Part shown: positions 13,401-25,700 of the stretch, piece by piece
Position numbering within the stretch: the stretch's first letter is position 1
How the letters are laid out: each line of letters starts with the position of its first letter
From: Glycera tridactyla
Lineage: Eukaryota
Length of the DNA stretch: 64,000 nucleotides
Assembly: GCA_965644265.1 (NCBI GenBank)
Contig: OZ286462.1
Coordinates: 38,192,001 to 38,256,000, forward strand
Reading direction: 5' to 3'
Notes under the pieces: model-generated
What the model saw: only the letters and a program-made list of their open reading frames with translations
Database searches by the model: none
Told to the model about the DNA's origin: nothing
Program-made: the position numbers and the translations under genes

Positions 13401-15076
13401 ACATAAAATTCTCACTCAGAATATATGCATGGAGTGCTGCATTCATGATAAAATATATGCAGAAATCAGGGGATATACAGAACAATCGGATCCCTGTCTG
13501 ATTGAAAGTTTTACTGTGATATGCAAAAGATACTCACATCGAGATGACTTTGTTCACATCTCCAGCACTAGCATAGTAAGGAAATGCTAGGGTCTTCAGT
13601 CCAAGACCGTTGGCGAGGAGTAAACAATGTTCGCCGGCCGTCGGGACAGTCTTGCTGTGCGTGTATGCCAAACTCATGACAGGCTTCAGCCAGGCACGAA
13701 CTGCAACAAACAAGAAACAAGGATGCACATCAGTTTCCCATCATTCTATTTCAATCGATGTAGAAATCAAATCACGTAGATTGGAATTAACAATTAACTA
13801 AATTTTCGTAATCCATTTTCTATTTCAGGCGCAGCCAGAAACTGATATTGTGGAGAGGGTGATTCATAAGCCTGTGAGGAGTAATCAGTTTAAACTGTTC
13901 AAGATGTCCCTTCTGCACCAAGGCCACCTGCCTATAACGACCACTCAAAACGACCAAAGCATGATTGTGATCAACGAACTAAAATGCCTCTCTACAAAGG
14001 CCACCTGACAACAACGACCATTCCTCGTGTGACCCAGAGAGATCCAAATGTATCTGTGATATGTGAGCATATTTCCGTGAACACATTCTCATCATTTGTT
14101 TGCAAATAGTGGAACTTGTCCGCAACAACCTGCGTTTGTTGCAATGAAAAGTGATCATCATAGAATGGCGGTCTGTGTAGAGAGGTTGTTGACTGTGGGA
14201 ACATAATATCATGATCACAGCTTAGGATAGCCTCGGTAGGCTGGTGGTCTCTATATATAGGTGGTCTCTCAAGCAGGTTCCACTGTTTGCCTGAGACAAG
14301 CATGCAGCTGTTTTGAGATAATTTTAGACAAATTTTAGCTGCTCGCCATTCACAGGTACAAATGTTTTCTCGATTGAGAATTTGGGGACATGCTTACAGT
14401 CTGATGAAATGATGACAACGTTCTTATCAGATTTGTGCATAAACGTAAATCAGGAGTTATTTACAGTCAGACCTACTCTATGCCGACAACCAGGATGACA
14501 GACTCAAGTGCATGCTTAGAATCGGTTCATGCTAAGTTCAGGTAGATTGAAGTGAAAATAACCTGGTGGGATACCAGCCAGTGGGAGAGAAGACAAATAG
14601 ACTAAACATGGGGAACATCAATCAATTTTTTCTCAAACTATCACACTAACTGAAAGGATTGCATCCATTATGGTGTTAATTGCTTCACTGTGACAAGGTG
14701 TGCCATCATCATCAACAAGTGACTTGTACAGTGAAACCTGCGACAAGATCCCCTGATGAGAGACCCCCTCCTATGGGAGATCACCTCTTTTGAAAGACCA
14801 TTTTGGTGACATTTAGAGTGGTCTTTTGTTGCAGGACTCACTGTACCCCAGTTGACTTATGCTGGCCTTTTCAAGCAATTTTTTTCACATTACAATCTGT
14901 TATCTGATCAAGGCTACTGCATAGGCAGTATTATTCATTTTTTAGAAAAAGGTTCCCCATGGATAAGTTTCAGTAGAAGTACCTGGTGGTGTATGTATTC
15001 AGATTTACTACTCACCTCTTGATATGGGATTCCTCCTCATATATGGTGCCAGGTCACGGTTACGTGATCGAGTCGC
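7240..15076 (-). CDS. G2E3-like HECT-type E3 ubiquitin ligase (7 exons, 2382 nt including stop; 5' end not identified)
   Basis: Seven exons with canonical GT-AG sites and consistent phases (0-1-2-0-1-0-1-stop). HECT motifs: GEEAADYGGPRREF, YYAAGRLMAASILQNGPLPCFL, catalytic PSSNTCINQLRLP and C-terminal HFGAV. The N-terminal GLG...FPK..GGG...YIRP region and C-x2-C...H-x3-C finger match the G2E3-like family as I recall it. Confidence 0.88.
8297..8474 (-). CDS. HECT unit exon 6 (LLNERPVLEFLL...YIKDVQ)
   Basis: Acceptor tcttggtttgttgtag|TTA and donor CAA G|GTAAGC. 178 nt, phase 0 to 1. Confidence 0.9.
8988..9130 (-). CDS. HECT unit exon 5 (ASILQNGPLPCFLS...LGIIQ)
   Basis: Acceptor cctttgttcacag|CT and donor CAG|GTAATG. 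143 nt, phase 1 to 0. Confidence 0.9.
9700..11002 (-). CDS. HECT unit exon 4: long Ser/Pro/Arg-rich low-complexity region plus start of HECT N-lobe
   Basis: Acceptor cttcccctgtttcag|GAG and donor ATG G|GTAAGT. 1303 nt, phase 0 to 1. Corresponds to the 436-aa ORF. Confidence 0.92.
11725..11861. mobile_element. Partial MITE (right end)
   Basis: Ends agagaggtggtcttcagagcaggtttgactg|TA. Confidence 0.7.
12029..12320 (-). CDS. HECT unit exon 3 (HFPKMQEGGG...YIRP...CFHC..HLQDC zinc finger)
   Basis: Acceptor catttttttcttcag|G and donor AAT ATG|GTGAGT. 292 nt, phase 2 to 0. Confidence 0.88.
13538..13700 (-). CDS. HECT unit exon 2 (VRAWLKPVMSLAYTHSKTVPTAGEHCLLLANGLGLKTLAFP...)
   Basis: Acceptor ttcttgtttgttgcag|TT and donor TCG AT|GTGAGT. 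163 nt, phase 1 to 2. Confidence 0.85.
13886..14285. mobile_element. Longer degenerate MITE of the same superfamily
   Basis: cagtttaaactg...caggttccactg ends, with subterminal gaccac/gtggtc blocks. Confidence 0.65.
14729..14843. mobile_element. MITE in a HECT-unit intron
   Basis: TA|cagtgaaacctg...caggactcactg|TA. Confidence 0.8.
15016..15076 (-). CDS. HECT unit exon 1 (ATRSRNRDLAPYMRRNPISR), 61 nt, phase 0 to 1
   Basis: Acceptor tttcttttt ctgtattccag|GCG and donor AGAG|GTGAGT. Its phase matches the next exon. Confidence 0.7.
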
Positions 15077-18000
15077 CTGGAATACAGAAAAAGAAAAACA
15101 TTAGCTAGGTGCATAGAATTCGTCACTACATTCTGTCTAGCCAGATGTCACCACAGCTGCATATATTGCTCTTTTTTTTAATACTTAATCACTTTGACTA
15201 CTATATAAATTATATTGTTTTACAAAGTCTTTTAATGTGTTTTTTCCCCAGGAGTTGAATTATAGGAATGATCCATCATCCAGACAATGTGACTCTCATT
15301 ATCACAAGCATTTTTTGACTATGACTAAATTATGGCTAAATTGGTTGAAGAATGACATCAATCTGCAAAAATGTGATAATTTATGCAGCAGAATAAAACA
15401 CCTGATATCAATCCATCATGAATTCATTACTAAATTATGAGCCATTCTTTACACATCCATTAATATTTTTCAGCCAGTTGCTCATATCAGGTATATTTCT
15501 ATAATGGGTAAAATCTATTGTGCATGATGTAATCTGGATTCCATACACACAAAAACTTCATTCAGTGAAACGGCAAAAAAGCATTCATCAGACTATGCCA
15601 GAAAAGAAAGGTGCCCTGCAGTACCAGTCTCTTGTGAGAGGTGGTCTCTCATCGCAGGTTTCACTGCATACGCACAAATTGCCCAAAAAAAATGACTGCC
15701 ATTTTCCAATCACCAGAACTTCAAATGAGAAGAAAAGTTGTTAGGAGTCTTACAGATGTGTTCATATGACTTTCAAAATCACATTCAGTTTCAAAGGATC
15801 ATGAGATTATTAGCTTTCAGGATGGATTTATACTGACTTTGTCAGTTATGAACTCATCCATACTTCAAGTCTGAAGAGTTCAATCTACAATGAATATATG
15901 CTGAATATAAGTACAATCATCTCTGATAATTCAACACAAGTGACCATATATTCATACAGCTGAAACTTTAAAAGGTAACACAAAGCAAGAGAAGAGGAAA
16001 CTGAAAGATACCAAAAATTATATCATAGTAGGCTGGTCTAATGAATGGGTGATGATGCACAAAATTCAGCGTAGATATGGCCAATGATTCAGACCCTTTT
16101 TTTGATGATGTCTTCTTATCCAAATATCTTTTTTTTTCTTGCTCTTATGAACAATATGTGCAAAACAAAGCAAAGGTTGACATGATATACACTGCATCAA
16201 ATCAATTTATTGTCAGCTTTCTGTTTCATTTCTTTGATTCAAGTCACATCGTTTGCAAAATGCTTGAGATGAAATGAACTGAACACACAGCTACACAGAG
16301 CAACTTCAAAGGACTTGGAAGCATAGGCAGCAGGGAGAAGCAGGGAAGGCAGTGTGCTCTACAGGACCCTACTCACACATGCGAAATAAGCAGTAATAGT
16401 AGCAGGGAAAGCAGCAGTTGATCACAGCAGCAAGCAACACTCGATGTAGAAACACATTTAGCAGATGCAAATAATAGGAACAACATCACAACCCTCACTC
16501 GGATTACCATATCACCCTCAACAGGGCAGATCAACTTTTTATTCATGAGATTTACCATAATTTCTCTAATGAAGACCAACGAAAATGATCTTTTTTTAAT
16601 ACAATGGCCTAAGCCTGCTTGAAATGAAAAATTGAAACCCATCAATATCTTAGATATTTTTTAATGAGGTGGCAAATTTTCGACAGAAAAGATTTCTGAT
16701 TACTTCATGGCTCATCACAGCCACCTTCATAATATCTTGATAAGAGCAAAGCTTGTGTTATAAGAAGAAAGCTTATCTTCTATACAAACTACAATGAAAT
16801 TCAATGTAATAACCAAAACAGGTGTCCTAACAACATCAAATGGTCACCTATTATTATATGATCCCGTATCACAAAATGAATTTTGCGACGAATTTGGAAC
16901 AAAATATTGATATTTCAGCATACACAATACAGATGCAGCTTATTCAAGAATGGAGAAATTCATGTTCTGGAGTAGATCATGAATGGTGCTACAAACTCTC
17001 ATATTTTCCTATGACACTTCCCATCTATGAAGGGTGCCTAGATTCCTACAAAGGATACACCCTCTCAAGGCTCCACCCAAGCACAAAATTTGAGAATGAC
17101 TGATTGAGATCATAATAGCTTGTGACGACCAGGAGGCCAGATGGATAAATCAATCAAACTGAATGCTTGTCAGAACAAATATATCACAAAACCAATATAT
17201 TTATCATTAAGTTACATAAAAAGATGAATAAATAAATAAATATATATACATGAACAAAAATTGAAAAATCCTGAAAATCACAGGCGGTGGTCTTAGACCC
17301 GACTCGATTTCTTGTAGATGTTGATTAGACATAGACTAGGCACTAGAAAGTTAGTCTAGATTGTGATAACGCTTTCTATAACCACTGTTTAGCTGACACC
17401 CAGGATCTTCTTTTTCTGTGGGGAATTATGTAAGATGAAAGCAAGTGTGTGTGTGTGGTGCGGAACAGTGTGAAAGAAATACCGAATATAACATACAGAT
17501 TGAATTTCAGCACAGTATATGCTTTCACACTGGGAATATAAATCAATGTAATTACGAAGTGCAATTTGGTGAAATTACTGAAACCGGGTCATATGATGGT
17601 GATGATCACTATGTCATTCATGCATATTCGTCAGTGGGGTGTCCTCTGGTTTTCCAACTTCAAACTATCATCCCTAACTGGCAAGCCATAGACAATTTTA
17701 GAATATGGTCGATGAAGTTTTTGTCCGATTTTTTGTGACAAAGATCAACTAATCCTAGGAATGAATTTGCGGCGTTCTGCGCGGGCATTCGACTTGCCAA
17801 CTTTTTTTATTATGAGAAAATCAAAAGTTTTCAATTCACAGCTGAAGCTGCATATAACTACCTCGAAATGAAACAAATATAATGGTCATCTTTGCCAAAC
17901 TCAGCTTTGGAGGTAGCACTGCATTCAAGAGGGGAAATAAATTGTGTAGCAGAAATCTGCATTCGCGAATATTCAGTGCTATCAAATGGGGCCTGGTTAT

Positions 18001-20803
18001 GTATATCTGAACTTGACTATCAAATGAGGTCACAGATTAAGGGAGGTCCACATATGAGTTAAATGGAATTAAACCCTGTTATGTGGGTAAATGCAATGGG
18101 AAGCAATTGTCCCTTTTGATATAACAGTGATGTCAATAAATGGGTTTCCGTGAATAGTATGCATTGAATCTAAGACAGCTAATTGTATTTTATATTCAAA
18201 TATTTACAGGGGATTACAGTTCCTGCCTCTGTGCCAAAACTGCATGTGTGCTACAAAAGAATAACAATTACAAAAACATTGTGGGATGAATTCAGACTAG
18301 TAACATGAGATTTGGTCCTACTCACTGAAGAGTATGATTAAGGCAAATTTTGGTTTACCTCAAGTCTCGTACCAATATTGTGGTTCATGCATCACCAAAT
18401 GTTGTGGTGTTTGGTGAATGATAATGGGTTCTTATTCAGATATTACAGCAAACCTTTACTCCTTTCCAGGAATGCATGTGTGTCATTTTGAATCAAGAAT
18501 AAGCTGTGGTAGGTTCTAGCATTCATTTTAATAAATAGAAGGAAATTGAAAGAAGAACCAAATCTTGGATACTTCCAAATATATAGCAAGAAACAAAATT
18601 GCATCAGAATACAGACAGATATGAATAATCACCTTCATTGAAGGAATAAGATATAAAGGAAAGAACAAAAATAATTGGAAGCCAATCAAGATAGGGGCTA
18701 GAGGTGATCTACGTAGCACATAAAGCGATCCTATTCAGCGGGCAGACTGAGATCATGCAACTGAGAGTGGGCAAAGGAGAACAACATCTAGGCTGCATTT
18801 ATTATATTGATACTTACTTTGTCACTATGGAGGATGGGTAAGGGCCTTGTGTCAAATGTACGATGAAAAATCCAATGACGCCTCAAAAATGTACGGAATG
18901 ATGCGAGGTAATAGTGTCTATCGATTGCTTCCACAGAAGCTTGTTAAAATGGATACAAACATGAAAGTGGTTTAATAAGTGCATGAATATAATATCTGCT
19001 CCTGGGAATATATTACGTGCAACAATATATGTGATTTGGTGCCACCCTCTCTCCTTTTCACCCTGTGCTAGTTGTCACCATACCAAAGACACTAGAGGGA
19101 CCTCTCTACGCTCTTTGACCATACTTGGGTCCTAGCACCTAGTGGATCAATCCCACCAACAAGTGTCAGTTTGATAAGTAATTGGATAGCTCTGTCAGAG
19201 GTATGGTGTACATATCACACATCAGCATGTCATATATGAAGCAAAGGTGAAACAAATGGATGGTTGCGTCCATTTGTTGAGAAACACAAATCATTTTTTC
19301 TGGAACTATATTCCATTTGTAATGACTCAGATGATTAAATTCCCACTTCATCCCCAATATTTGTATGTGTGAATCATATATGCTCCAAAAGCTAGCCATC
19401 CATCACCTATCCAATTAATTCACATAATATTTGGTAATGAATCAATTGAATAGGCCAGTCATCTAAAGAATACTACAATTGGATCATCAGATGCAATATG
19501 CAAGTCTACCACGGGTGATTCTGACAATTTCAAAAAGCAGAACATGAGTGTAATATTTTGTGTCATTCTATGAATGTAATGTCACCAAAATATCTACAGG
19601 AAACTCAGAATGAAGATATTCATAAAACAAATGTCTAATAATTTATAGATTCTGATATACAGATTTTTTTAATTTGAAATGATAACATTGATATAGAATC
19701 ATCATTGCAGAGATGTGAGAAATATGAGAAACATGAGAAAAGTATTAAAGATTTCATCTCAGATCTCTATAACTTTTGCACCATATTGAGATTATAATTT
19801 CATGATATTTAAGTCATCGCATTATGTCAACCATGGTACGGAATGAGCTTCAAAAATTAAGCTCTCATATATGTGCCAAGCCAATTGAATCATTATCCGG
19901 GCAAAACAGCAATGACCAAACTTGTCCCATCAGTATGTAGGGAGCTCGATGTTAAGAACAGCAGCAGGGATAAAGCAAAGCAAAGCTTCAGAAATGTCAT
20001 GATATGCAGTTAAGACAGCAATGAATCCTTGCTTTCATATCACAGAAAATGTAAGGATGACTGCGATCATACACTGATACCCGTGAAATATGTGAACTAG
20101 ATGGACACCAAATTCATATTCGTATTTCTATTTTGATCTCTCCCATGAAATATCATTTGTCTTCATAGTCATTTGTGATTGGGCAAAACTGGTATGGAAC
20201 CAAAAAGAGGGTTTTAGTCTGATGATAGTTGATTATTCACAAGGAGATCCATTATCCACATATATATATATATACATATATGATGCAAATGATAAATAGG
20301 TTATTTAGTTTGAGTGAAATGGTAAACCATCCTAATGTAAATGTTATTCACTGAAATGTACATAATGGTAGTACTACACATTGTCTACAAATCTGATGTG
20401 AGTGATATCTGATATATATATGTAATGGTTGTTATTATACAGTCTCAACACCTCTGATGTAAGTGATATTGACAAAACATACACCAAATAGAACTCTGGA
20501 TTACACAATCTAACTAGGATGATAGTATTGGGAGTATAAATAATGCCACTCAATCAGAATCCCATATGGTTAAATCTGACAAGACTACCAACAGTGTCAT
20601 GTAATCGATTTCCACACAACTCATGTGATATGCAGGGCATGAATGAATGTTTTTTTTTTCATATAATCGTCCAAGTGATTGTATTCTCATCAGAATTTCA
20701 CAACTTTTGGAACTTGTTTGCAAGATGTTTTGAGGTGGCACACAATGTTAACATGTTATAATATCTACATTTTTCTATATTATATCATGAAAATACAACT
20801 CAC

Positions 20804-22722
20804 CTCAATGATGGGCTTCTCAATGGCTTGTGGCCACATCATGTGATAGTCATCCGTCTCTCCAGGTGCCCGTCCAATGTCCACCACAAACTTAACCTCC
20901 TTTTTCTGTCTCTCACTATCGGAGAGTATCACGTGACCATTAGGTCTGTCATCATGATACTCATCTTTACTCAAGTTATCATCTGTGGAATCATCACGAT
21001 CTGTAGTCACTCTCAACGGATACTGTGGCTTTTTGCGATTCGCACCTCCTTTCCGTCGTGCTGTGACGACAATCGCGGTTATGATGATCGTAAGTATGAT
21101 GAAGGTAATGACGACAATGAGAATGATGAAACTGGATCCACTGAAGAAGTCACTATCTGCTCGAGCTTGTGGTGAAATCAGCGTGGTCGTGATGACGATA
21201 TTCAAATCAGCAGTTGACGCTAAAGCAGGAGTTCCACTATCATGCACTGTTACTTCCAATCTAAAAACCTCATTATCTAGTCCACTCAAACTACTGGACA
21301 AAATAATTTTCCCACTGTTGGGATCAATGGTAAAGGTGTCATTACCATTTGAAAGGCTATGTACTAAGTAGGAATTGGGACCTGCATCGTTATCATAGGC
21401 ATCAATTTCCCCGATGATACTTCCGACTTTTGTTCCGATGTATACATTGATTGTATTGTTGTATCTACTCGGGAAGTTGATGACGGGCCAGTTATCATTG
21501 ATATCCTTGATAGTGATAGTTACATTGACACGGTTGAACATGTTGGTATATCCTTCATTACTAGCCAAGGCGACAAGGTGATACACAGCTATCACTTCGC
21601 GGTCGATTTCAGCACGTATTTTGACCTCACCAGTTTGTTCGTCAAGTGTGAACGGTATGGGATCTGTGATTGACGGGTCCCACAAGTATGTGATCTGGCT
21701 GTAAGGTGCAGTATCGGGATCGACTGCTTCTATAAAACCTAACGATTTACCGATCTCGTCATTCTCAACAACTTGGAAGGCATACGATGAATTTAGAAAT
21801 CGGGGTTTGATGTCATTAGTATCCATTATGTGAATACTGAGAGTGACTGTGGTGGTCTTCGCATAATGTCCTTGATCCGTCCCCGTTACCAACACCTCAT
21901 ACTCTGTTTCCACCTCATAATCGAAGGCCACTTTAGTTGTAATTACACCAGAGATGGAGTCACAGTACAAGATTTCCGTATCAGTCTCATTGAGCAAGTG
22001 ATACTTGATCGCAGCATTTCGACCAATATCGCCATCTGTCGCATTCACTCTGGTAACTATCGTACCTGGCGGCTCATTCTCGTATAAACTCACAGTATAC
22101 AAATTTTGGAAGAATACGGGGACAAAATCGTTATCATCCAGAACAGTGACCGGTATATTGATGGCAGATCTCCGCTGTGGTATTCCTCCATCGTGACATG
22201 TAAGGATGATGACATACGAATCCTGCGTCTCACGATCCAACATCACGTTGGTTAGGATCGTTAACTCGGTGTGTTCATCGTTGAGATAATTGATGTAAAA
22301 TAAACCATCCAGGTCAATGTAGCATGTCAAACGACCATTTTCGCCCCCGTCTGGATCATCGATGGTGACATGAGCAACAAATGCGCCCGGTCGCATGTTC
22401 TCTTGAACTTCGGCTCGCCCACTCGTACTCATCGAATTCAGAATGATCTGCGGAGTATGATCATTCACGTCTTCGACAGTTACGATCACCTTGGCATAAC
22501 TCGGTAGGGAGTTGGGCCCCATGTCCGTAGCAATCACGCGAAACTGGTAGTTGTTGCCCTGCTCATAGTCGAGGGCCAGCTTGAGATATACGTCGCCACT
22601 GTTCTCTTTGATCCCGAAGATGGTGAGGTACTCTTCTGGTGTGTCATCAGCGAATGAGTAGACTACCTGCCCACTGGCCCCCTCATCGGGATCATATGCA
22701 TTCACCGACAAAATTGTGGTAC
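20804..22722 (-). CDS. Pcdh: Protocadherin exon B: EC3-EC7, TM, juxtamembrane tail
   Basis: Acceptor cttcttgttgcag|GT at 22722 (phase 1). Donor GAG|GTGAGT at 20804 (phase 0). 1919 nt = 2 + 639 codons. Confidence 0.95.
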
Positions 22723-25700
22723 CTGCAACAAGAAGGAGAGAGGCCATCAATTGATTTGCATTTATTCCTTTTTGAGGAGAAATTTCTAAAGGGCTACTGG
22801 CATGCATCATCATCCAAATACAGTTGAACCTCCTCTAAAGACCACCTCCCTATAAAGACCACCCTGAGTTGCGACCGTTGTAGTATTTTCAACAGTAGCT
22901 GACCTCTCCATAAAGACCACCTCCCTATAAAGACCACTTTTTGATGCGACTGTATATGCAGATTATATGAAATCAAGTTTGTTGGCCAGTGGAAGCCTTT
23001 GTGATCCAGTTATGCAACTGAAAACTTAATCCAATGAAAAATGGTAACATAATCTTTCGAAATCTTCCCACCACTTTTGTATTTGACAGACATTGATACC
23101 TTATATCATTGCATAAAGAATTATTATGGCACAGGAAATATTAGCCATTTCTATACTTTACTCATATTAATGATATTATGTCTAGATATCCACTTTCAAT
23201 CTAGGCAATAATATATAGAATGCTTTGAGATTTCACAAACAACTCAAAAAATATACCTTCAATTCAGTAGAAGATTGACAAAGATGACCATTCAATATCA
23301 GGGATGACTCCATTACACGTGTCGGAATGATCTGTTCCTCAATGAATTTGAGGGGTACCCTTGATATCTAGCATTTCAATGTGAATACAAAGGACCATAG
23401 GCCCCTGAGGCTGTTGATTATATATGGTAGACTCTAAGGCAAGTCATATGGACCTCAGGGTACCACATGCCAACCTCAACTAAGAAAGATGATACCACAC
23501 TCATCCAACACAATGACAATGCCAGCAAGACCATGAACAATTGGACAAGTCATCAGTGAAACACTGAGTCAAAGTTTCAGGCACTTTAAATTTCAGACCC
23601 CTAAAGAAGGGAGTCCTGATGGCCAAGCCAAGATTGAAGGAATATTGACCCCTTTCCAACTCCCCCTACAGCTCCCCGAGGACAGCTATTGAATACTCAA
23701 CCTCTCTAAGAATAAGTGTGAACTTGATAGAAAAGAGAGGGGCCCACACCAGAGAACTTGTTGGCACCAGGCAATGACAGAGTGTAGTTAGGGAATGAGT
23801 ATGCAAGATGAATACACTGATACCACCAAAATTGAAAATCAATCATAAGTATGAAAGTATGACAATGCCAGCAGGACCATGAACAGCCAGACTAACCATC
23901 ACACTTGTATGGGCTGGAAGCATCAGTGATAAACCCAGTAGGCTATTCCTGATGAATTCTTCATCAACATATTTCTTGAGATACTTGCTGCCCACACTGA
24001 CACCAACAACAAAATTGCACAAAGCCTTCAAACAGGAACTGTAACTTATTCATACATTAAACTCAGTCATAAATGAAGAAGGGTACAAAAAGATTGCTTA
24101 TCTTCTATTTCCATTCTGGCATAGTCACTAAAAGATTGAGCATACAGTTTGAAAGGATTCGCCATGAACAATCAAAAAACAACAAATTCAATCTACAGAC
24201 TTGTGTTCAGATTGCTTCTATGTAATATGAATGAGATGCTTAGAGAGTGAAATTGATGCGACTGTTGGTACATGAAATATTCAACAAGGAAGTGATCCTC
24301 GAGTGTCTGCAATGACAGAAAACAACGCAGAGTAAGCCTCTGCAACAAAAATGAATAAAAGGGAATAATGAAAGTTTCAGATATTCTACATGCTGCAGAT
24401 AATATGTTAGTATAAAAAAGCGGCATGGCACATCAGTAAAGTTTCATTTCTCATTCAATTTACCACAACCATGCCAAAATTTCATCTGCTCATTCATCAG
24501 ATCAATGATGAATTTATGTGCCTTTTAGGACAGAGTATAATGTTATGATTTTGGTGATAATGCCGCTGTAAGTGCCTTTTCATGAATTTATGTACCCATG
24601 ATCCCCATTCTGTGTGCTCTTCTGTCACGGCAATAGTGAATCCAAGTGCTGTTTTAAAATTTGATGAGCTCCTCTGACTGAGCCTCCCTCCCCGCCCACC
24701 TGCTCTCTCTCTCCCCCCCCCCCCCTCTCTCTCTTTCTCTGACTCTCTTTCATAGTTGAATATTACTTGCCAATGAAATGACCATTTTCACTGTAAGACA
24801 AGTCAATCAGCCGGCATGGACTTTCCTCTGTTCCCATGAAATCAAAATGGGATGACCAAGCAGAGAAGATCTTGGTGATGTAATCAAAAGCACCTCACCT
24901 CATAATATTGAGAACCAATATAATAAAAATTACAGATTATTTGAGGTGATCAGAACTTTAACAGAGAGGCTTCTGCAGACATACAAGTCAATTCTTATTG
25001 ATGTTTTTCAAACTTATAGACAATCATGACATAGCCAAATATGTTGTTCTTCCAGGGAAAGCAGGCCTTCTGTGATGTGGGAGAATGGCTTATACTGTAC
25101 AACTGTAGTGGGTGAATGCAACCAATCAGGGTTCAGTTGAGCATACCCAATCATTGATTTTTTGAACACAACCAATCTCCACCATGTGATATATGAAGGG
25201 AGAGGGCTGATGTAAGAAAGGAAGAGGATGCTGCCTGGGAAATTAGAAGATTGATATTGAGAATCTACAAACCACGTGGAGTATCTTCGGGAACATTAAC
25301 TTCGTATTCTCCTCGGTCGAAAGTTGGATTGTTGTCATTGACGTCCATGACTGTGACCTCTACCCAGAGGGTACCAGTCTGACTGGGATGACCTCCGTCA
25401 TAGGCGTACACCTTCATCCGGTAAAAACTCTGACGTTCTCGATCCAAACGAGCGGCTAACACTAAGTGAATTCCGGTTATTTCTCCTGTGGCGGACTCCG
25501 CTTTCTGAAGATCGAACATCCCTGAGTCATCATCTAACGTATAATCCTGAATTCCGAACGTTTGGCTATCACTATCCTCAGCAGATGGTAAGGGGAATGG
25601 CGTGTCGACCATTGTCGTTTCCGGTATTGCTAGCGTAACTAACTCCTCGGGAAATGTCGGTACATTATCATTCTGATCTAAAATGGATACAGTCACTTTT

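Noticed and set aside
13561-13640. Macro-domain-like LANGLGLKTLAFP
   Set aside because: It is better explained as the N-terminal GLG motif of the G2E3-like HECT family, in phase with neighbouring exons.
16373-16645. 90-aa ORF between an acceptor-like site and GTGAGT
   Set aside because: Its phases do not join Pcdh (phase 0) to the next exon convincingly, and the peptide is low-information.
7100-17800. Search for terminal inverted repeats bounding the HECT cassette
   Set aside because: No convincing TIR pair or TSD was found by eye, so the cassette is not called a mobile element.
18359-18388. Possible 10-codon first exon for the HECT gene (MNHNIGTRLE|GTAAAC, phase 0)
   Set aside because: Short ATG-donor pairs arise by chance and there is no promoter evidence. 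It cannot be excluded without RNA data.
20828-22827. Several plus-strand ORFs (20828-21175, 20985-21371, 21830-22087 and others)
   Set aside because: They are antisense to protocadherin exon B.
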